A stretch of DNA of 64,000 nucleotides, taken from positions 32,001-96,000 of the forward strand of contig JBDHDE010000002.1 in assembly GCA_039591655.1 (NCBI GenBank), in the 5' to 3' direction. This DNA is from Gemmatimonadota bacterium. GTDB lineage: Bacteria > Gemmatimonadota > Gemmatimonadetes > Gemmatimonadales > GWC2-71-9. Position 1 is the first letter of the stretch; each line of letters begins with the position of its first letter. The position numbers and the translations under genes were made by a program. Below the pieces are notes generated by a model, which saw only the letters and a program-made list of their open reading frames with translations, made no database searches and was not told the origin of the DNA. This document shows positions 58,451 to 64,000 of this stretch, piece by piece.

Positions 58451-59421
58451 GGTACGTCCACGGCCTCCAGGATCTTGGCGATCACTCCGTCCGACGAGAC
58501 GTCTTCAGCCTCGGCCTCGAACGTGAGTAGCACGCGATGCCGCAACACGTCGGGAGCCATCGCCTTGACGTCCTCAGGAACGACGTACGCCCGACCGCGC
58601 AGGAAGGCGTGGGCGCGGGCGGCCTGTGCCAGATAGATCGACGCGCGTGGGCTGGCCCCGTAGGCTATGAGAGGCCGCACATCGTGGAGGCCGACGACCT
58701 GCGGTTCCCGCGTCGCCCTGACGACGTCCACAATGTAGTCCACGATCTTCTGGTCCATGTACAGCTCGGCGATCGTGCGCCGAATCGTGAGGATGTCCTC
58801 AGGCCCGGCCACGCGTCCCACCGCGATCTCCTGCCCGCCGGCCATCCTCCATAGGATCTCCTTCTCGTCATCCCGGCCAGGATAGCCCACGAACACCTTC
58901 AACATGAAGCGATCGAGCTGCGCCTCGGGCAGCGGATACGTGCCCTCCTGCTCGATGGGGTTCTGGGTGGCGAGCACCAGAAACGGCTCGTCCAGGGCGT
59001 GGGTCTCGCTCCCGATGGTAACCTGCTTTTCCTGCATCGCCTCCAACAGAGCGGCCTGGACCTTCGCCGGCGCGCGGTTGATCTCGTCGGCCAGGATGAT
59101 GTTGGCGAACAGCGGGCCGCGCTTGGGCCGGAACTCCCCGGTTCGCTGGTCGAAGACCATGGTGCCGATGATGTCTGCGGGAAGCAGGTCGGGGGTGAAC
59201 TGAATCCGCTGGAAGCTCGTGCGGATCACCTCGGCGAGCGTGCGCACGGCCAGGGTCTTGGCCAGTCCCGGAACGCCTTCCAGCAGGATATGGCCCCCGG
59301 TGAGAAGACCGACCAGCAGCCGCTCCAACATCGCGTCCTGACCAACGACGCGCTTGCGGACCTCCTCGACCACGGCCGTCGTGACCGCGATTTCCGGGGC
59401 CTTCACGGCCCGCGAGGTCAC
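58447..59421 (-). CDS. moxR: MoxR family AAA+ ATPase
   Basis: EGVPGLAKT, RIQFTPDLLPAD, DEINRA, ATQNPIEQEGTYPLPEAQLDRF. Confidence 0.95.
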   Translation of the reverse strand: MTSRAVKAPEIAVTTAVVEEVRKRVVGQDAMLERLLVGLLTGGHILLEGVPGLAKTLAVRTLAEVIRTSFQRIQFTPDLLPADIIGTMVFDQRTGEFRPKRGPLFANIILADEINRAPAKVQAALLEAMQEKQVTIGSETHALDEPFLVLATQNPIEQEGTYPLPEAQLDRFMLKVFVGYPGRDDEKEILWRMAGGQEIAVGRVAGPEDILTIRRTIAELYMDQKIVDYIVDVVRATREPQVVGLHDVRPLIAYGASPRASIYLAQAARAHAFLRGRAYVVPEDVKAMAPDVLRHRVLLTFEAEAEDVSSDGVIAKILEAVDVP

Positions 59422-61127
59422 CCCAGAGCCCTCGTCGCGGCGTTGCGTACCACGGCATCCCCGTCCTGCGCCAGCGCCATCAAGGCCCGCTGGGCCTCAG
59501 GCGTTCCGAGGGCGCCCAGGGCCTCGGTGGCAGCGGCGCGCACCCGCGGGTTGTGCCGTGGTTCCGGAACGCCCGGCTCCCCGTATGTGGTGAGGCAGCG
59601 AACCGTCGTGTCGTCCCCCAGCCGCCCCAGCGCCCAGAGGAGCTTCAAGCGCACATCCTCATCCCGCTCCACGCCCAGGCGTGCCACAATCAGCGGGGAG
59701 ACGGCTGGATCGTTGCCGGCCACGAGGGCGCGGGCGGCACTGGCCCGCACCTCCGGCTCCGCATCCTTCAGCAGCAGCAACGCCATCTGGACGATCTTGC
59801 GGCCTCCGATCTCGGCCATCGCTGCCGCTGCGTGCTCCCGGACCACGGCCGAGGGGTGGCGGGCACACTCCATGAGGGAGAACCGCGCCGCCATGCCACC
59901 GACGGCACCCAGCAAGTCGACAGCCGCCACGATCACGTCGGGTCCCTCGCCCGACAGTCGGCGCCTGAGGGCGTGGGCCACACGCTCGCCGGCACCCCGC
60001 AGGGCCTCCCGGTAGGCGGCACGCGTCTGCGGCGCGGCTCCCAGATAGGCATCCACCACGAACGGGCCGGCCCGCTCGCCGACCGCCGACACCGCCCGGA
60101 TCAGTGCCTGCCGTTCATCCCGGGAGATCTCCGGGTCACCGATCCGCTGCACCATCCACACGAGGAGGGTGTCGTCCACCAGACGCGAGATCACATCGGT
60201 GGCCTGCATGCTGAGCTCGGGCTCGACGCGCTCGGAAGCCACGCGCTCCAACACGGCGACTACCTCGGCTAGGAAATGGGGCTGCCTGAGCGAGGCGAGC
60301 TCCGGGGCCAGCTCGGCGAGGCGCCGCAGGTTCCCCAATCTGGGCGCCGGGTCGGCACCCGGCATGAAATTGGACAGGAGGCGGCGCGCCTCGATGTCCG
60401 GAGGGAGCGCCTCGGGACGGAACACCCCCGTGGAGCGCCACGAGAAGGGGGTGTCGCCTGCCTCCGGAACGGCCGTCGACTGCCTCGGCGCGGCGGACCG
60501 TTTGGTGCTCAACACCACCACGTCCCCGAGACCCTGATCGCCCAGCGGCAGTTCCCCCCGCGCCACCCGCAGCATGACACTGAGGTGCGCGGCGGTCGCT
60601 CCCGGCTGGACAACCAGGGTGCGCACCCCGCGCGTATGTAGCCGACGGGACAGCTCCACGAGGGCCGGGTTTCTTGGCAGCACCGGGGCTGCGTTCCAGG
60701 TGAGGCCCTTCAACCCAACCTTACACTCCACTGCTCCCCCGGCCACCATGTTGGGTAGCGTCGCCGAGACGACCTGGGTCGCCTCAGCCAGGGCGGGGTG
60801 GGTAGGCGGGTACAGGCGGGAGAGGTGGAAGACCTTGGCGACGGCCGAGAACGCGCACTCGACCCGCTGGATCGTGACGTCCGTCCCGCCGCGGCGCCGG
60901 TCGACGGTGCGCCGCTCGGCACGGCGGCGGCGATCCCGCCCAGTGCGGCGCAGGCGGCTGCGCCGGTCGGCCCCGCGCCGCCGCTCGCGGGCGATGGGCA
61001 GCCGGGCAATCCGGCGCTCGTTGTGACGACGGTCCTGGCCCGAGCGGCGATCCCACCCGGAGCGACGCTCAACTATGACACGTCTATCGTTGGTGCGCGG
61101 CTGGAAACCCACAGCTTCAGTCATCAT
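59418..61127 (-). CDS. HEAT-repeat protein with N-terminal (D/E)RR repeats and an LYPxxHP domain
   Basis: GAGG RBS (ATG 61127, alternative GTG 61133); C-terminal HEAT repeats (VREHAAAAM, VRASAARAL, VRLKLLWAL, VRAAATEAL, VRNAATRAL). Confidence 0.85.
   Translation of the reverse strand: MMTEAVGFQPRTNDRRVIVERRSGWDRRSGQDRRHNERRIARLPIARERRRGADRRSRLRRTGRDRRRRAERRTVDRRRGGTDVTIQRVECAFSAVAKVFHLSRLYPPTHPALAEATQVVSATLPNMVAGGAVECKVGLKGLTWNAAPVLPRNPALVELSRRLHTRGVRTLVVQPGATAAHLSVMLRVARGELPLGDQGLGDVVVLSTKRSAAPRQSTAVPEAGDTPFSWRSTGVFRPEALPPDIEARRLLSNFMPGADPAPRLGNLRRLAELAPELASLRQPHFLAEVVAVLERVASERVEPELSMQATDVISRLVDDTLLVWMVQRIGDPEISRDERQALIRAVSAVGERAGPFVVDAYLGAAPQTRAAYREALRGAGERVAHALRRRLSGEGPDVIVAAVDLLGAVGGMAARFSLMECARHPSAVVREHAAAAMAEIGGRKIVQMALLLLKDAEPEVRASAARALVAGNDPAVSPLIVARLGVERDEDVRLKLLWALGRLGDDTTVRCLTTYGEPGVPEPRHNPRVRAAATEALGALGTPEAQRALMALAQDGDAVVRNAATRALG
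60891..61088 (-). repeat. Protein-level tandem (D/E)RR repeat
   Basis: Ten (D/E)RR units plus one LRR within 66 codons, mostly at 5-6 residue spacing (ERRSGWDRRSGQDRR). Confidence 0.9.
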
Positions 61128-61181
61128 CGACACGACCTCTGTGCTCGCGTGACACTGTCGAATTCGCTGTGGCGGTCATAG

Positions 61182-61198
61182 GGCAAGGAGCGTGCCGG
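61182..61198 (-). promoter_or_regulatory. sigma54 (-24/-12) promoter
   Basis: CCGGCACGCTCCTTGCC versus consensus YTGGCACG-N4-TTGCW; exact GG-N10-GC spacing, intergenic, correctly oriented. Confidence 0.7.
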
Positions 61199-61210
61199 GC
61201 ATGGATTCCC

Positions 61211-62845
61211 CTAGCGCTTGATGCGCTCTCCACCTTCTTCGTTGCGGAAGATCCACGTGGCGAACCGGGGCGGCGCAATGGGGTCGGCGGCCTCGATCGC
61301 TCCCCACTCTACGCTGCTGTCCGATTCCGCACCGCGGTGGGCGGCCTGATCTGCCATGCGCTGCGCCCGGGCGATCCATACCTTGCAGTTCTCCGGGCGC
61401 ACGTCCACCCACCCCCTGGCCACCGCCTGCTCCACGTCGTCATCCACCGGCTGAATGATGACGAGCTCTCCCCTATAAACCTTCCCGTCCGGCACCACGA
61501 TCGGAAGACCCACCGAGAGGATCGTCGCCCGGAGCTCCCCATCGCCGGCCACGAGCCGCACCGCCTCGGCCGACAGGGTCGCCGGGTCGCTCTCGGCCAG
61601 CTCGGCCACCGAGTCCCGGAGCCGCGACAGAATGAACGCCTCGTACAACGCCTTGGTAAGCCGCGGCGGTCCCAACATCTCAAAGGCGACGGAGCGGACG
61701 CCGTGCTCCCGCTCCAGGGCCGTGAGTCGCTCGATGGCGTGGGCCCGGAGGATCCCAGCCTGGTAGGTCGGCCCGGCGGTGGACGCGTCGAGCGCCGTCA
61801 TGATGTCCCGGCCCGTGGGATGGCCCTGCAACTCGGACACGACGTAGGCCGCCACCTCCTCGGGCGTGATGAACTCCATCTGCCTGAGAGCCGTCACCGT
61901 CTCGAACTCGTCCCGCGCGAACAGGCCGTTCTCGCCACAGTCGGCCCACACCGACTCCAGGATCGATCCGGTATCCACCCAGCCCGAGGCGTTCGGCCCG
62001 AAGGCCTGGGCAACGGCCAGGGGTGCCGGACAATCCACCTTCTGGAGGGGTTTGCCCTTACGTCGGACCGGGCCGTGCGCGATCTGCCCCCAGGCAATCG
62101 CCGTCGTGGGCTTGATCTCTGTGGTAGCCGGGGCCCCCGGGGTGCGCGCCATGAGCCACAACAGGAGCGAGTGCGCGCCGGCCACCGCGGACTTGGTGAG
62201 CAGGGTACGAGAGGGCCGCTCTTCGGAGTGGGTGTAGGGAATGTTCAGACCCATCCCTCCCGTCCCACTCGTCCCGATCTTGACATATGCCTCCGTGCCA
62301 AAAGACCGAACGCACTCCAACATGATCTGCACGTGCCGGATGAGCTGCGGCATCGGGATCGAGAGCACATGCTCCTCTACCTGGTCCCTGGTGACCGCTC
62401 CGGTCTGCGCCGCGGCGAGCAGATCACGTGCCGAGTGGAACACGTCCTGATACGCGAACGCCGTGGCGGTGTTGATGCAGTCGACCACGGCGTCGGGCTC
62501 GTAGCGCTTGAACAGCCGAAACAGGAAGCCCCGCTCCACCACCTCCTTGGTCAACTCGCCCAGGATGTCACCGAGCACCAGCTGACGGTGCGCCGGATCA
62601 GCCAGCAGCTCGCCACGGTCCAGCTTGGCCACCGTCGTCGGCACGAACACGTTGCCCCATTCGGTGACGATCTCGGTCCCGCCGGCGTGGGGAGCCAACC
62701 ACAGGGCACCCTCCTCCACCTCGTCCTCGTACAAAGCCACCAGTACGATCCTTCTGGGTTGGAGCTCGAGGAGCCTCCGGGCCACCGCACGGCCCACCAA
62801 CCCGCTGCCACCCAGAATGAGTATCGTCTTGCCCTTGAGTTCCAT
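61211..62845 (-). CDS. Atypical long SDR/Rossmann-fold protein
   Basis: ILILGGSGLVG nucleotide-binding motif; 544 aa; no YxxxK at the expected position. Confidence 0.75.
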   Translation of the reverse strand: MELKGKTILILGGSGLVGRAVARRLLELQPRRIVLVALYEDEVEEGALWLAPHAGGTEIVTEWGNVFVPTTVAKLDRGELLADPAHRQLVLGDILGELTKEVVERGFLFRLFKRYEPDAVVDCINTATAFAYQDVFHSARDLLAAAQTGAVTRDQVEEHVLSIPMPQLIRHVQIMLECVRSFGTEAYVKIGTSGTGGMGLNIPYTHSEERPSRTLLTKSAVAGAHSLLLWLMARTPGAPATTEIKPTTAIAWGQIAHGPVRRKGKPLQKVDCPAPLAVAQAFGPNASGWVDTGSILESVWADCGENGLFARDEFETVTALRQMEFITPEEVAAYVVSELQGHPTGRDIMTALDASTAGPTYQAGILRAHAIERLTALEREHGVRSVAFEMLGPPRLTKALYEAFILSRLRDSVAELAESDPATLSAEAVRLVAGDGELRATILSVGLPIVVPDGKVYRGELVIIQPVDDDVEQAVARGWVDVRPENCKVWIARAQRMADQAAHRGAESDSSVEWGAIEAADPIAPPRFATWIFRNEEGGERIKR

Positions 62846-62859
62846 CGCCGATTCCCGTT

Positions 62860-63576
62860 TCAGGCGGCGCGCAGCGCGCGCAGCGCCTCCCGTTCACGTT
62901 TCGACAGATAGCGCCACTTGCCCGGCGCCAGATTCCCCAACTTCACCGGCCCGTGGCTCGTCCGGATGAGACGCTCGACCTTGAGCCCGAGTCGGCGGCA
63001 CAAGCGCCGCACGATGCGGTAGCGCCCCTCCGCCAGTACCAGCGTCACCTCGCTGGAGCCACGCGCCGCGCCGCGCACCCGCGCCGAAACCAGTCGCAGC
63101 GGCCGCCCGTCGATGACGATCGTCCGGCCGAGCCTCCGTCGAATCTCGTCTGCCGGACGCCCGTGCACCAGCGCGCGGTACGTCCGCTCCACCGCATAGC
63201 GCGGATGCATGAGCGTGTGGGCGGCCGCGCCGTCCGTGGTGAGGAGCAACAGGCCCGCGGTTGCCACGTCTAGCCGGCCGACGTAGGTGAGACCCGGCAC
63301 GGTGGGCAGCAATTCGAAGACCGTACGCCGGCCCCGCGGATCGCTCTTGGTGACCACGTAACCCACCGGCTTGTTCAGGGCCAACCACGCGGTCTTCGCG
63401 GGCTGCACCCTCTGACCCGCCACCGTGATCACGTCGGCCGCCGGATCCACGCTCGCCCCGATCTGTGCAATCCGACCGTTGACCCGCACGCGGCCGGCCC
63501 TGATCAGCTCCTCTGCCCGACGGCGCGACGCCACGCCGGCACGCGCCAGGGCGCGCTGCAGGCGCATGGTCGTCAT
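62860..63576 (-). CDS. rluB: RsuA/RluB family pseudouridine synthase
   Basis: S4 domain RLQRALARAGVASRR, LNKP.G, VGRLD, GLLLLT.DG; follows scpB. Confidence 0.88.
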   Translation of the reverse strand: MTTMRLQRALARAGVASRRRAEELIRAGRVRVNGRIAQIGASVDPAADVITVAGQRVQPAKTAWLALNKPVGYVVTKSDPRGRRTVFELLPTVPGLTYVGRLDVATAGLLLLTTDGAAAHTLMHPRYAVERTYRALVHGRPADEIRRRLGRTIVIDGRPLRLVSARVRGAARGSSEVTLVLAEGRYRIVRRLCRRLGLKVERLIRTSHGPVKLGNLAPGKWRYLSKREREALRALRAA

Positions 63577-64000
63577 GGTTCGCCCAGCTCGCCTGCCTCC
63601 GTCGGCGGCCGCAGCGCGACGGACAGCTCCTCCAGCCGTGGCAGCTCTTCCAGCGTACGCACCCCCAGTAGCTCCAGCAGCGCTGGAGTGGTCCCGTAGA
63701 GCAGCGGACGGCCCAGACCATCCGCCCGCCCCACGACCTCGACCACACCTCGCTCCTGCAGCGACCTGAGTACCCCTTCCACCGAGACCCCGCGGATGTC
63801 CTCAATCTGCGCGCGGCTCACAGGCTGCCTGTAGGCGATGACCGCAAGCGTCTCCAGCGCCGCGCGCGACAGCTTGCGGGGGCGCGCCACGATACGCGCC
63901 TCGGCAATGGCCTCGGCAAGGTGGCGCCGCGAGACGACCTGGTACCCGTCTCCCACCTCGATCAGCTCGACACCGTGGCCCCCGACCTCGTAGTGCTCAC
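63573..64000 (-). CDS. scpB: SMC-Scp complex subunit ScpB (5' end lies beyond the window)
   Basis: LSRAALETLAVIAYRQPVSR..IEDIRGV, GRPLLYGTT, LEELP; frame stays open to the window edge. Confidence 0.93.
   Translation of the reverse strand, partial: EHYEVGGHGVELIEVGDGYQVVSRRHLAEAIAEARIVARPRKLSRAALETLAVIAYRQPVSRAQIEDIRGVSVEGVLRSLQERGVVEVVGRADGLGRPLLYGTTPALLELLGVRTLEELPRLEELSVALRPPTEAGELGEP

Noticed and set aside
60891..61088. The (D/E)RR region as a CRISPR-like or DNA tandem repeat
   Set aside because: Codons vary between units, so the repeat exists at protein level only; no spacer structure
61169..62911. 580-aa plus-strand ORF opposite the SDR-like gene
   Set aside because: The minus-strand ORF has a Rossmann motif and fits the operon direction; this one is its mirror

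Overview
A 64-kb, very GC-rich bacterial chromosomal segment made almost entirely of tightly coupled core genes on the minus strand. Gene content and order suggest Gemmatimonadota, but this is an inference. Right to left it holds: scpB (partial), a pseudouridine synthase and an atypical SDR-like gene; a sigma54-type promoter heading a HEAT-repeat gene with an N-terminal (D/E)RR repeat, followed by moxR-DUF58-hypothetical-vWA-vWA/TPR-BatD/E-mutL-miaA-bshA-uppP-birA-CPBP-like-coaX-nrtS; a mixed-strand region with dcd, a Zn-finger membrane protein, Yip1, DUF2914, a beta-propeller lipoprotein, a secreted amidohydrolase and a GNAT-NSAR/OSBS-M20 cassette; a complete nuoA-N operon; phosphomannomutase, UPF0182, arcC-sucCD, an EIIA/CBS fusion and ndk; yceD-rpmF-plsX-fabHDG-acpP-fabF-mqnEAC; and purE-ispF-dedA-xerD-trpG. 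I found no rRNA, tRNA, CRISPR array or mobile element. The best candidate for an undescribed system is the sigma54 promoter plus Arg-repeat HEAT protein (a possible c-di-GMP receptor) that is translationally coupled to the MoxR-Bat chaperone module. All calls rest on motif recognition by eye; no searches were run.
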